In this document: in pieces, positions 28,821 through 38,865 of the stretch
How positions within the stretch are numbered: the first letter of the stretch is position 1
Layout of the letters: each line of letters begins with the position of its first letter
The notes under the pieces: generated by a model
Told to the model about the DNA's origin: nothing
Databases searched by the model: none
What the model saw: only the letters and a program-made list of their open reading frames with translations
Assembly: GCA_964521955.1 (NCBI GenBank)
Contig: CAZFTX010000002.1
Location: 28,785 to 92,784 of the forward strand
Direction: 5' to 3'
DNA: 64,000 nucleotides
Source of the DNA: an uncultured Candidatus Saccharibacteria bacterium
Lineage (GTDB): Bacteria; Patescibacteriota; Doudnabacteria; UBA920
Made by a program: the position numbers and the translations under genes

Positions 28821-28891
28821 AATTCTGACAAACAACATATCTGAACTTTTGTCGCAATTGCGACAAAATATTAGATATGAAAATACAAGTA

Positions 28892-30502
28892 TTATTCAAC
28901 CAATTCACCACCAAAAATTTGCAAAGCCCCGGCTAAAGCTTCTGTAGGAGAAGTGGCTTGGGAAGTTTCTTCTATCTTTTCAACACGAATAAAAACCCCC
29001 AATTTTACACCAGAAACTTGCTCTAAAACCTGATGAATCATTTGCTTGTTTTTCTGATTTTCCAAGTTTTGTTTATGAAAAGCAAACTTTGACCCTAAAA
29101 AAATTTTTCCATCATTTATTTCCAAAAGCTGACAACTTCTGACCATGTTAGCTAAAGGACTATTTAACTTTTTTAATTCAGAAATAAACTTTGGCCAAAA
29201 ACTTTCCACCTCTTCCCTAGAAATAACAACATTCTGTCCTGACTGAATCACTTCTTCCACCGCAACAACCTTAGGAATTTCCTCAACCAAAGCTTCCTGA
29301 GAAACACTCTTAATGTTTGACTGTGTAATGTTCTCATTTCTGTTATTGTTATTAGTTATAACTGATCCCCCGTTCCCCCCGCCCGCTCTTTTAAGTGCGG
29401 CTTCAACTGAAGCTAAAAGCATGGGTAATTCGGGATTTGGAGCGTCATAAAGTTCTTTATATGCCCTTAAAAAAAGCCTAATAATAAACATTAATTCTCC
29501 TTGGCTGAACTTGTCTGCAAACTCTAAAGCTTTCTGTCCATGCTCCCCTTCTAAGGAAGTTGCGTTTAAAGTAAGTTTAACGTTTAAAATTTTTCTTAAA
29601 TATTCCAAAAAATCCCGAGAGAAAACTAAAAAATCTTGACCTTTTTCTACCAACTCTTCGTAAAATCCGGGTAAATTTTTTGCTTGTCCGGTTTCAATTA
29701 ATTCCAATAAATTTTCACTTACTTTGATATCTACAAAACCTAGAAGTTGACGGCATTCTTCCAAAGAAGGATTAGCTCCCAAAGTTAAAATCTTGTCTAA
29801 CAAAGAAAGGGCGTCCCTAACACTGCCTTGAGCATTTTCTGCAACCAAAGAAATCGCAGCTAAATCTAAAGCTAAACCTTCTTTTTGCACAACGCTAGTT
29901 AAGTGTTCTTCTAAGTCTTTTTTGCTTAAAGCTTTAAAATCAAAACGTTGAGTACGGGAAACAATTGTAGCCGGGACTTTACTTATTTCAGTAGTCGCTA
30001 AAATAAAAATTGCATGCTTAGGCGGCTCTTCTAAAGTTTTAAGTAGGGCATTAAAAGCCCCTTTAGAAAGCATATGAACTTCGTCTATAATGAAAACTTT
30101 ATATTTCCCGGAGCTGGGAGCAAAACGAATATGTTCAATTAACTCCCGAATGTTGTCTACGCCGGTGTTAGAAGCTGCGTCTATTTCTAAAAGATCTAAA
30201 AACCTACCTTCAGTAATTTGTTTACAACTCTCACATACACCGCAAGCGTCACCCTCCTCCGTTCTTTGAAAACAATTCACTGCTTTGGCCAGAATTCTAG
30301 CCACCGAAGTCTTACCCACTCCCCGGCTCCCTGTAAACAAATAGGCATGAGCGGGCTCGCCTAAAGCGGCCTGGTTTTTTAAGGCTTGAACAATGTATTT
30401 TTGGTTTAAAACCTCAGCAAATGTTTGGGGTCTGTGTTTCCTGTATAGTACGGCCATAATCGTTTCAGAACTTAAGCACCTCCTATTTTTCAAACGAGCC
30501 AA
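28892..30502 (-). CDS. dnaX: DNA polymerase III subunit gamma/tau
   Basis: YRKHRPQTF, GSRGVGKTS Walker A, DEVHML. Likely true start at MAVLY (30457). Confidence 0.85.
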   Translation of the reverse strand: MARLKNRRCLSSETIMAVLYRKHRPQTFAEVLNQKYIVQALKNQAALGEPAHAYLFTGSRGVGKTSVARILAKAVNCFQRTEEGDACGVCESCKQITEGRFLDLLEIDAASNTGVDNIRELIEHIRFAPSSGKYKVFIIDEVHMLSKGAFNALLKTLEEPPKHAIFILATTEISKVPATIVSRTQRFDFKALSKKDLEEHLTSVVQKEGLALDLAAISLVAENAQGSVRDALSLLDKILTLGANPSLEECRQLLGFVDIKVSENLLELIETGQAKNLPGFYEELVEKGQDFLVFSRDFLEYLRKILNVKLTLNATSLEGEHGQKALEFADKFSQGELMFIIRLFLRAYKELYDAPNPELPMLLASVEAALKRAGGGNGGSVITNNNNRNENITQSNIKSVSQEALVEEIPKVVAVEEVIQSGQNVVISREEVESFWPKFISELKKLNSPLANMVRSCQLLEINDGKIFLGSKFAFHKQNLENQKNKQMIHQVLEQVSGVKLGVFIRVEKIEETSQATSPTEALAGALQIFGGELVE

Positions 30503-30514
30503 GCCCGCTTTGCA

Positions 30515-30616
30515 AATAGGTTCTGACCAATTTCTTCGTTATTTTCCTGAAGGTTTTTCTCACCGTAGCTTAACTACGCCTCGAAATATCCTCAGAAAAT
30601 GCCTCGAACTTGGTTC
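30515..30616 (-). repeat. Family-3 repeat (~100 nt) in the dnaX 5' leader, about 87% identical to the inverted copy at 49148-49247
   Basis: Hand alignment, about 13 differences per 100 nt. Confidence 0.6.
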
Positions 30617-30723
30617 AGTGCTTAAATTCTGTTTCTGTATATATATTACTTACTTTCACTAACAAGTATAACTAAAAAAAGCCTGGTTGTACAAACCCAG
30701 ACTTAAACTAAAAAGTATACTTA

Positions 30724-31389
30724 CTATTTAAAAACGATAAGCTTATAGCCTATGAAGTTCCAAATCAAAGAACCAAAAGTTGCGACAATTTTAGCAATAT
30801 TTACATTCAGTTGTTCGTTTGCAACCAAACCTTGATTCGAAACCAAAGCTAACAAAACGCTATTAATAATTAATCCCACGACGCTAACTAAAAAGAAAGG
30901 CAAAAAAGAACCTTTCTGATTTGAAGATTGTTGTCCAAAAAAGCCAAAACTGTGCAAAATTATAACCTGCACAATTACATAGATAACTAAAACAATTAAA
31001 TAAAAATAAGCCGGGGCAACCATTTTAGCACCTAAAACAGCTAAAACAAAAGCTAAAAACCCAATCACGCCAACCAAAACTAACCTAAAAAAGTTTTTAA
31101 CTGCTGAAATAGTTTCCGCTGTACTTCCAAAAGTCCAATATTTATTCCAAAAGTAACTCTGTACCACTGCCAAAAGAAAACCCGGTACGTTTATTCCACC
31201 TAACCCAAAACCAGACTTAATGTTAAAAGCCTGAGTAAAGAAATTCAAAATTAAAAAGTCTAAAGCCGTGTTTAAAACGCCAATAGCTACAAACCTTAAC
31301 AATTGCAAAATTATTGGCTTTCTTTGTAGAAGGTCAGTTATTTTTTGACTTAAACTTGTATTGTTTGAAGCTAATACTCCTTCGGTCAT
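30724..31389 (-). CDS. GtrA-like polytopic membrane protein
   Basis: 221 aa. N-terminal RFVAIGVLNTALDFLILNFF resembles the GtrA family. Confidence 0.4.
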   Translation of the reverse strand: MTEGVLASNNTSLSQKITDLLQRKPIILQLLRFVAIGVLNTALDFLILNFFTQAFNIKSGFGLGGINVPGFLLAVVQSYFWNKYWTFGSTAETISAVKNFFRLVLVGVIGFLAFVLAVLGAKMVAPAYFYLIVLVIYVIVQVIILHSFGFFGQQSSNQKGSFLPFFLVSVVGLIINSVLLALVSNQGLVANEQLNVNIAKIVATFGSLIWNFIGYKLIVFK

Positions 31390-31419
31390 AGTTGTCGTGA
31401 TAGTTATTGTTTCTAAATC

Positions 31420-32037
31420 CTACAACTCCTCGTCTTCGTCGATAAGTGATTTTCCTTCACCTTCTGTACCCAACTCCACATCCGTACTAGAAATAGCATT
31501 AGCTTTTTTTATAACATTTTCAACCGCGGCCCATTCTGCGGTTTGACCTTCTGGAACTACAACTGTAACTTCGTCACCGGCTTCGGCTTTAAAATAAGTC
31601 AAAGAAGCTAATAAAACTTTATAAGTTTTACCTTCAGCCAAAACTTTAAAGTCACCTTTTTCGTCCACCAAAAGAATACCCAACATTTTCTTTCTCTCCA
31701 TTGGGCCAATTTGCTTATATATAAATGAGCCATCTTCGGAAATAGTTAACTTTAAAACATCTCCTTCAATAAGCTTAGATTTAGAAGCATAGTTGGCAGG
31801 AACCGGATACTGCTTTTTGTCCGGACCAATCATATTCTGTCCATCAAAAACACCTTCAATAACTTTTCCACCTTCACTAATACCTAAATTCACAGCTTTG
31901 TCGGCAAGGTTTGCCAGGTTGGCTTTAGTAGCCGGACCGCCCATCATATCACGCAAAAGCTGTTTGGCTGACTGGATATTCTTTTCCGCAGAATCTATCA
32001 TCTGCGCAATTAAAGCTAAATTCGAAGTCTTGTCCAT
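31420..32037 (-). CDS. Hypothetical soluble protein (205 aa)
   Basis: Intact ORF. Acidic C-terminus. Confidence 0.35.
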   Translation of the reverse strand: MDKTSNLALIAQMIDSAEKNIQSAKQLLRDMMGGPATKANLANLADKAVNLGISEGGKVIEGVFDGQNMIGPDKKQYPVPANYASKSKLIEGDVLKLTISEDGSFIYKQIGPMERKKMLGILLVDEKGDFKVLAEGKTYKVLLASLTYFKAEAGDEVTVVVPEGQTAEWAAVENVIKKANAISSTDVELGTEGEGKSLIDEDEEL

Positions 32038-32133
32038 AAAAAATAGTTTTGTTTTAGACTAATTTTTGTTTCAGAGTACAATAAAATGACATAAATATTA
32101 TATCACAAAGCCAAGATTTTTAGCAAATTATGT

Positions 32134-32379
32134 CTAGTGGTGCCCGTGATCAGCTTTTCCACCTCCACCACCTCCACCTTTTTGAACACCTAAAACCCTT
32201 TCTATTGGATTGGCTAAAAATTGGTAAGCTAAAGCCCCGACAGCAAATAGAAACTCTCTGCGTGTAGTTATATCAGCCAAATTAACCGGGGCCTTTAACA
32301 TTTCAAAAAAACCAGCTTCTTTATTACCGCCCCCATGCCCACCACTTTCATGACCTCCATGACCACCATGATCGCTCAT
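32134..32379 (-). CDS. Small His/Gly-rich protein with a central hydrophobic helix (81 aa)
   Basis: MSDHGGHGGHESGGHGGG ... GGGGGGGKADHGHH termini. 4-nt overlap with the upstream gene. Confidence 0.35.
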   Translation of the reverse strand: MSDHGGHGGHESGGHGGGNKEAGFFEMLKAPVNLADITTRREFLFAVGALAYQFLANPIERVLGVQKGGGGGGGKADHGHH

Positions 32380-32630
32380 ATTTTTATACTTCCTTCTGGC
32401 TTAGGAAAAACATAAGTTTCGTCTTTTAACAAAACAATAAGTTTTTCCAAAATTGGATATTCTTGTAAATTTTGATTTAAAAAATTTATTAAATCCTGTC
32501 TGTTTTTTACCGTATCTAAAAAAGGTTCGTATTTTTGCATAAGCAAGGCCAGCTGTTTTCCAGTAATATTTTTTAGGTTATATTGTTCATCTAAAAACCT
32601 ACAATAAATGTTAATATAATTTTCTTCCAT
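32376..32630 (-). CDS. Hypothetical protein (84 aa)
   Basis: Translationally coupled to the downstream His/Gly-rich ORF. Confidence 0.3.
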   Translation of the reverse strand: MEENYINIYCRFLDEQYNLKNITGKQLALLMQKYEPFLDTVKNRQDLINFLNQNLQEYPILEKLIVLLKDETYVFPKPEGSIKI

Positions 32631-32698
32631 AAGGTAATTTTACCTCAAAACTGGTCCTGAAATCAATAACCTTTATTATCCTCTAATGACTTATTGAT

Positions 32699-35245
32699 CT
32701 ATAAACTACTTTCTACGTTAGGAAGCGCTTCACTCATATTTTCAGCTACCTGACTAGATTCCAAAAGTTCTGACTCAACTTCAGAACGGGCTCTGCCATG
32801 TTTAAGCCTAGAAAGTTGTCTAATTGCTAAACTTAGTTCCTCTGAATTCCCCCCAGACAAAGGCAAGGTGCTTAAGTTAAAAGGCTTAGAAGCTGTACCT
32901 TGAATCATAAGCTTGGCGTAAGCGTTAAAACGCTCTATATTTACCAAATCAAACTCGTTGAAAGTGGGGGCAAATTCTTTTGCTAAAACCTCCGCGTCTT
33001 CAGCCCCGGTTCTAAACACCATCATGGTACCGGCATTACCAAACACCGCGTCCCTTAGGTCTTTAGAAGCCGCGCCTTGCGCTCCGGCTTGCTGTTCTAA
33101 CTGACCTAAATACTGGTGCGCCATAATTAAATTAAGTTTATACTTTCTAGCTTCTGAAAGAATGGAGGAAAAAGCGTCAGTAATAAAGTTTTGAAACTCG
33201 TCCACGTACAAATAAAAGTCTTTACGCTTGTCTTCGGAAATGTCTGCCCTAGAAAGCGCTGCCATTTGAATTTTACTTACTAAAATCAAGCCCAAAAGCT
33301 TAGCGTTAATTTCTCCGGTTCTGCCTTTAGAAAGGTTTACTAAAAGCACTTTGCCTTCGTCCATTATTTTTCTAAAGTTAAACCCTGACTTAGACTGACC
33401 AACAATGTTGCGCATCATAGTGTTTTCTACAAAACGTCCAACTTTAGAAATTAAATACCCCAACATTTCCGACTTATGAAAGTCGGAAGTCTTTGCCATT
33501 TCTTTTTCCCAAAAAAGCTTAACCACCGGGTCTTTAACTTTAGAAACTTTATATTTTTGAAACTCGGTGTCAGTAAAAATCCTAGGAATGTCGGCAATGG
33601 TTCCGGGGTGTTCTTCATCTGCCATGAGCGTTAACATGGCGTTGCGCATGTTATGCTCAAACATTGGCCCAAGCATAGCCGGGTCAGTAACTAATTTATA
33701 GAAAATGGAAATCATTTCCTGTACGGCAAAGTCTTTCTGTTCTTCACTGTCCACCTCTAACATGTTTAAACCCACTGGTCTCTCCATGTCAAAAGGCTCA
33801 AACAAAATTATATCTTCCGCCCGCTCTTTCGGCGCCCGAGTTAAAATGTCTTGAATTAAGTCCCCGTGCGGGTCAATTACACACATGCCTTCGCCGTTTT
33901 TTAAGTCCTGCAAAGCCATGTTTGCCAAAAGCCACGACTTACCACTACCTGTACGCCCCAAAATATATGTATGCCTTCTCCTGTCTTCCCGCATTTGAAA
34001 AATTGGGGTCTCTAAACCGCGATAAATGTTTTTACCCAAAAGTATACCGGATTCAGGTATGTTAATTGGCGGAGGAGCTTTTTTTGACACCAGCCACTTT
34101 ACATTCGGAGTTTCAATATACGGTGTTGGCAAATGCCATAAACTTGCCATTTCTTCAGTATTTAAAATTCCACTTCGTCCGTTGTCCCTGAAAATTCTAA
34201 AAATATAATCTTTTAAAATATCACTCTTATTTCTTTTCTTAACTTTAAACCCGTTAAAAGGTGGCATGTTGAACTGCAAAAAACTGGCTAACAAGTTTCG
34301 CATGTGAAGTTGACTGTTACTAGAAGTTTCAGAAGAAGTCACCAGCCTAACATTTACTTTATAACCAGGACGACTGGCTTTTTCTTCCAACTTCTTAACT
34401 ATCTCTTGTTGCATAGGTGTAAGCTGAATCGGAGAATAATACCCACTTAAATCTTTGTGGGAATGTGAACCTTGAAAATTTTTACTTCCCCCTCCGGACA
34501 AACTCCTTCCCACAGCTTTCAAGAATCCAGTAAATAGCCTGTACACGTGCCCACGTTCAACTAACTCAGGGTTTTTTCCCTGCTGAATTTCTAAAGCCAT
34601 TTTCCTTGGCCTCCCTTGCCAAAGTGTGCCTGCCGGACTAATTACAAACTGTACCGCTGCGCCTTCGTTTTCGGTCAGCTTGCTCATGGCGTTTGTAATT
34701 GCATTTAACGGGTCGGTTTCGGTATGTTTGTAAGTTCTGAAAGGGTAAACGTACTGCTTAGAAAGCTGTAATTCTTCTACTTCAATATATCCTTTGTCAG
34801 AAAAAGGGTTATAGCCTTTGACTTGTTCAATAAAAGCGTGAGGGTATTGCGCTTGGACTTGCTTTTCGACTAACTGCTGCAGATGCGCGGGACAATTTAT
34901 GTAAAATGAAATTTTCTTGTCTGTACAGGCAATTTCAAAACTGTAATAATCTTTACCCTGAAGCCAACCTTTACGCCCGCCGGATTCTGAAAGGGCGGTA
35001 AAAAGTTGTTCGGCAATGGCGATTAAGTTCTTTTTTTCTTCGTCATTTTTTTGTCTTTCTTTTTCATCAGAATTCTCCTTAGGCATCAAAATTTCCAAAA
35101 ACACCCAGTCCATGGTTCTTGGCACTACATGTTTAGTGTGATAAACATGCCTTTTGTAGAAATAAAAAAAGACAGCGGCAAAGACCGCGGTCAAAACTAT
35201 TAGCGCACCCAGCGCCAGTTGAATTGTACTGAATTCAAAGGCCAT
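32699..35245 (-). CDS. VirB4/TrbE-like P-loop ATPase (type IV secretion / conjugation-type), N-terminal membrane anchor
   Basis: 848 aa. Walker A GRTGSGKS at about aa 424 and Walker B LYVDEF. ARKYKLNLIMAHQ resembles the VirB4/VirD4 C-terminal motif. Confidence 0.5.
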   Translation of the reverse strand: MAFEFSTIQLALGALIVLTAVFAAVFFYFYKRHVYHTKHVVPRTMDWVFLEILMPKENSDEKERQKNDEEKKNLIAIAEQLFTALSESGGRKGWLQGKDYYSFEIACTDKKISFYINCPAHLQQLVEKQVQAQYPHAFIEQVKGYNPFSDKGYIEVEELQLSKQYVYPFRTYKHTETDPLNAITNAMSKLTENEGAAVQFVISPAGTLWQGRPRKMALEIQQGKNPELVERGHVYRLFTGFLKAVGRSLSGGGSKNFQGSHSHKDLSGYYSPIQLTPMQQEIVKKLEEKASRPGYKVNVRLVTSSETSSNSQLHMRNLLASFLQFNMPPFNGFKVKKRNKSDILKDYIFRIFRDNGRSGILNTEEMASLWHLPTPYIETPNVKWLVSKKAPPPINIPESGILLGKNIYRGLETPIFQMREDRRRHTYILGRTGSGKSWLLANMALQDLKNGEGMCVIDPHGDLIQDILTRAPKERAEDIILFEPFDMERPVGLNMLEVDSEEQKDFAVQEMISIFYKLVTDPAMLGPMFEHNMRNAMLTLMADEEHPGTIADIPRIFTDTEFQKYKVSKVKDPVVKLFWEKEMAKTSDFHKSEMLGYLISKVGRFVENTMMRNIVGQSKSGFNFRKIMDEGKVLLVNLSKGRTGEINAKLLGLILVSKIQMAALSRADISEDKRKDFYLYVDEFQNFITDAFSSILSEARKYKLNLIMAHQYLGQLEQQAGAQGAASKDLRDAVFGNAGTMMVFRTGAEDAEVLAKEFAPTFNEFDLVNIERFNAYAKLMIQGTASKPFNLSTLPLSGGNSEELSLAIRQLSRLKHGRARSEVESELLESSQVAENMSEALPNVESSL

Positions 35246-35278
35246 TTATTTTTGTTTTTGAAACTTTTACCTTTTAAC

Positions 35279-35635
35279 CTAATTCTTTCTATTCTGACTT
35301 AACCTTAAAATATTATCTAAAAGTTGCTTAGCGTTAGTACCCTTATCACCTTGTCCCAGGGCAATTTGCTCATCATGAATAATGTTTTCAAGTTGAGCGG
35401 ATGAAAGCATGGGAGCTTCAGCCTCACCAACATCAACATTATTTTCTACTGCTTGAATATTCCCTAAAGCACTCTTAACACCTACTTCGAGATTTATTGG
35501 TTTATCAGAATGCTCTGTATCAATGTCTTCAACTCGCTTTCTAGCTTCTTGTGTTTCGACGGAACCAAAACCGGCCTCTAAAGAGGCCTCGGGAATTGAT
35601 TGTAGTTGTTTTTCAGGAACTCCAATTTCTGGCAT
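35279..35635 (-). CDS. Hypothetical protein (118 aa)
   Basis: ORF only. Confidence 0.3.
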   Translation of the reverse strand: MPEIGVPEKQLQSIPEASLEAGFGSVETQEARKRVEDIDTEHSDKPINLEVGVKSALGNIQAVENNVDVGEAEAPMLSSAQLENIIHDEQIALGQGDKGTNAKQLLDNILRLSQNRKN

Positions 35636-35755
35636 AAAATAACTTATATATTATAACATATTTAAACTCAAACGACTGATTATTGTACATTTTTTTGCCG
35701 TTTCTGTCAATTCTGTAGGCATCTGTAATTTGATATTTTTCTGCAGCTTCTGTAG

Positions 35756-36121
35756 CTAAACCTTCCCCTCTTTCTCCCATTTCTTTTCAAGCTTTCTAAT
35801 TTGGGGTTCGTCAAAACCTAAGTGATGACCAATTTCATGCCAAACCACCCTCCTAACCAACCTTGGGATGTTTTCTTCACCTCCGGAAAACTGTTCTATC
35901 GTGCCTTTCCAAATAGTTATTTTATCAGGCAAAACTGGCGAAGTGCCATAAGCACTTCCTCGGTGAAGTTTGGACACACCATGATACAGCCCAAACAAAG
36001 AATTGTCGGGGCTAAAACCTTCTTCCAAAACTATGTCAACGTTATTTATTTTTTCCCGAATCGCCTCGGGCAACGCTTCAATAGCCTCATTTATATAATT
36101 TTCAAACTGTTCTTTTTCCAT
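35756..36121 (-). CDS. Zincin-like metallopeptidase-family protein (HExxH)
   Basis: WHEIGHHLGFDE zinc-binding motif. 121 aa. Confidence 0.55.
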   Translation of the reverse strand: MEKEQFENYINEAIEALPEAIREKINNVDIVLEEGFSPDNSLFGLYHGVSKLHRGSAYGTSPVLPDKITIWKGTIEQFSGGEENIPRLVRRVVWHEIGHHLGFDEPQIRKLEKKWEKEGKV

Positions 36122-36713
36122 TTAAATAAAAATTTAGTTTGCTCTCATAATCTTCAAAGTCACTATAAAACTCCGCGTGAAAACCAAAGGCTTTCGCTGC
36201 TTCCACGTTTTTCATGTCATCATCTAAAACTAATGACTCTTCTTTTTTTACGTTAGATAACTTTTTTAAAACTTCGGTCCAAAACTCTGGTTGTTTCTTA
36301 AAACAACCTAACTCACACGAAGGAAAAACCCCGTCTACCAAACTGTCAAAACCTAAATTTTTTTTAAAAAATTCTACTCTATACTTTTCATTGTTAGTAG
36401 TAACGAAGCATTTAATCCCCTGATTTCTTAAATTTTTTATGCTTTCTACCACTCTGCCGTCCAGTTCGTTACCGTACCTAAACCATTCACCCAAAATTTC
36501 ATCAACTGACTTTTTTATTCCCCATTTTTCCAAGTAAGGAGCAAACTTTTCTTTCAAATCAGCTTTTCCGGCTTCACATAACAAAAAATCGCCTTTGTAA
36601 AAAGCATTCAAACTTTCTAAAGATATATTATATTCTTTAGCCAGTTCTTTACTGTAGTAATCATGTTTTTTAATGATTACCCCGTCAGCGTCAAAAAATA
36701 TTGTTTTAATCAT
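36102..36713 (-). CDS. HAD-superfamily hydrolase
   Basis: FFDADGVI motif I. Confidence 0.65.
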   Translation of the reverse strand: MIKTIFFDADGVIIKKHDYYSKELAKEYNISLESLNAFYKGDFLLCEAGKADLKEKFAPYLEKWGIKKSVDEILGEWFRYGNELDGRVVESIKNLRNQGIKCFVTTNNEKYRVEFFKKNLGFDSLVDGVFPSCELGCFKKQPEFWTEVLKKLSNVKKEESLVLDDDMKNVEAAKAFGFHAEFYSDFEDYESKLNFYLNGKRTV

Positions 36714-37471
36714 AACCCCGTAATTTTTTTCACTTGCGGATACAGTTCATTGTAACTTTGTATATTCCCGCCCACAAAGATTCTATCCCTCGGTTGGATT
36801 TTCTCGCCTCCATCTATATTGGTAAACCTGCCTCCGGCCTCTTTAATTATAAGCTGCCCGGCGAATTCAGGAAAAGTATCTTTCGTAAAAGCAATTACCC
36901 CGTCGGCTCGACCACTAGCAACCTTACAATAATTTACCGCCATCGAATAGAAATTTTTATCAACTTCTTTGTCCTTAACGAATTCCAAAACCTTTGTTAT
37001 AACCTCGGGTTCTTTCCAAGCAAGCGATGGCCTAATAATTACTCTATTCGTTCTGTCACTTACCTGAATCGCCTTACCGTTTAAATATGCACCTTGCTGG
37101 CCATAAGCTGTAAATAATTCTTTCACGCTCGGATCATAAACTACCGCGAACTGGGGTTGATGGTTAACCAAATGCGTTAAAACAATCGCATAATGCGATT
37201 TACCTTCAATAAACCTATGTGTCCCGCTGATAGGATCAATCACCCATAAATTTGCCGATCGTTCAAAAACATTGTTTTCTTCCTCTGCATAAACCTTCTG
37301 GTCGCGTCCAAACCGACTCACCAGGGATTTTAAGCCTCTTTCGATTGCCAAATCTTCTTCGGTCAGATTGATTTTCATGACGCCGATGTCTTTAACATTA
37401 CCAGCTCTCAAAAGCAACCTGTTCCCCGAGTCAACAATGAAATCTATAATATCCTTATATTTTTCTTCCAT
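36710..37471 (-). CDS. Inositol monophosphatase-family protein
   Basis: WVIDPISGT (DPIDGT-like) and WD..AG-like regions. Confidence 0.6.
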   Translation of the reverse strand: MEEKYKDIIDFIVDSGNRLLLRAGNVKDIGVMKINLTEEDLAIERGLKSLVSRFGRDQKVYAEEENNVFERSANLWVIDPISGTHRFIEGKSHYAIVLTHLVNHQPQFAVVYDPSVKELFTAYGQQGAYLNGKAIQVSDRTNRVIIRPSLAWKEPEVITKVLEFVKDKEVDKNFYSMAVNYCKVASGRADGVIAFTKDTFPEFAGQLIIKEAGGRFTNIDGGEKIQPRDRIFVGGNIQSYNELYPQVKKITGL

Positions 37472-37568
37472 ATACGGTAAGATAAAATTTAAAACCCGCC
37501 CTCGACTTCGCTCGGAACAGGTTTATTCTAACATTATTCGCTTGAACCTAAAACCTTGTACTTAAACC

Positions 37569-38861
37569 TTAAAACCCTTCGTAATCGTGCATGGTTAACT
37601 GCGCTTCTATTTTCTTGATAATTTCAATAACTACAGACACCACAATCAAAAGCGAAGTACCACCAATAGCAAAACTTCCGGGTATGTTTAACAGCTTTGG
37701 AACAATTAGAGGGAAAACTGCAATTAAAGCTAAGAAAAATGCACCAGCTAAAGTAATGCGGTTAAGCACACTGGAAAGGAAATCTGCAGTTTGAGCACCC
37801 GGCCTAAGCCCCGGTACAAACCCACCGTTTTTCTGAACATTTTCCGCTATTTCTTGAGGATTAAATACCACAGCCGTATAAAAGTAAGTAAATGCCATTA
37901 CTAACACAAAATAAGTTATACCATAAAACCAGCCTTGCTGAGAATTAAAGAGGTTAATAACTGTCTGGGCAAAATTCGCCAGAGCAGCTGATTTTGCGTT
38001 AATAAAGAACTGAGCAATTAATGCCGGAAAAATCATTAAAGAAATTGCAAAGATAATTGGAATTACACCGGCCTGGTTTAACCTTAAAGGTAAATGAGTA
38101 TTTACCCCGCCAAAAAGTTTATTACCCCGAACTCTTTTAGCATAGGCAATAGGTATGTTTCTTTGGGCTTCCGTTACCAAAACAACACCGGCTATAACTA
38201 TTAAAACCAAGGCTACAATTCCTAAAATTGTTGGGACAGCATTTGGGTTACCACTGAAAAGTTGGTAAGCCTGGTTAAATGAAGCCGGTAACTGCGCAAC
38301 TATACCTGCGAAAATAATTAAAGAAATACCGTTACCAATGTCAAACTCTGACATAATTTCACCCAACCACATAATTAACATAGTTCCGGCTGTAACTGAA
38401 AGCAAAGTAATAAACCACTGAAAAGGTGTGAATCCGGAAAGCAGTTGCCCTTGACTTTGGTTTTGCAAAAGACGGATAGTTCCAAAACCTTGCAAAAGAG
38501 CTAAAGGAATGGCTAAATAGCGAGTATACTGGTTAATCTGAGCCCTACCGGCTTCCCCGCCTTCTTTAGACATTTCCGCAAAGGAAGGCACAACTATGGT
38601 CAAAAGTTGCATAATAATAGAAGCAGTAATATATGGGCTAACTCCCAGCATAGCTATGGAAAAGTTAGTTAAAGCGCCACCGGAAAAAATATTAAGTAAA
38701 CCTAAAAACTGGCTCTGATCCAAAATAGCTTTAAACTGACTTGCGTCTACCCCGGGAATTGGTACATGAGCTAAAACTCTGGTAACCAAAAGCAAACAAA
38801 GCACAATAAAAATCTTATTGCGCAAGTCAGGCGTTTTCCAAATAAGGGTGAATTTATTCAC
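37569..38861 (-). CDS. secY: Preprotein translocase subunit SecY
   Basis: 430 aa, 10 transmembrane segments, position after rplO. Confidence 0.9.
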   Translation of the reverse strand: MNKFTLIWKTPDLRNKIFIVLCLLLVTRVLAHVPIPGVDASQFKAILDQSQFLGLLNIFSGGALTNFSIAMLGVSPYITASIIMQLLTIVVPSFAEMSKEGGEAGRAQINQYTRYLAIPLALLQGFGTIRLLQNQSQGQLLSGFTPFQWFITLLSVTAGTMLIMWLGEIMSEFDIGNGISLIIFAGIVAQLPASFNQAYQLFSGNPNAVPTILGIVALVLIVIAGVVLVTEAQRNIPIAYAKRVRGNKLFGGVNTHLPLRLNQAGVIPIIFAISLMIFPALIAQFFINAKSAALANFAQTVINLFNSQQGWFYGITYFVLVMAFTYFYTAVVFNPQEIAENVQKNGGFVPGLRPGAQTADFLSSVLNRITLAGAFFLALIAVFPLIVPKLLNIPGSFAIGGTSLLIVVSVVIEIIKKIEAQLTMHDYEGF

Positions 38862-38865
38862 AGAA

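Noticed and set aside
30503-30640. SRP (4.5S/scRNA) gene upstream of dnaX, as in many Firmicutes-type loci
   Set aside because: Could not find the conserved helix-8 / domain IV features (GGAA tetraloop flanked by AGG / AGCAG loops). The region instead matches the family-3 repeat.
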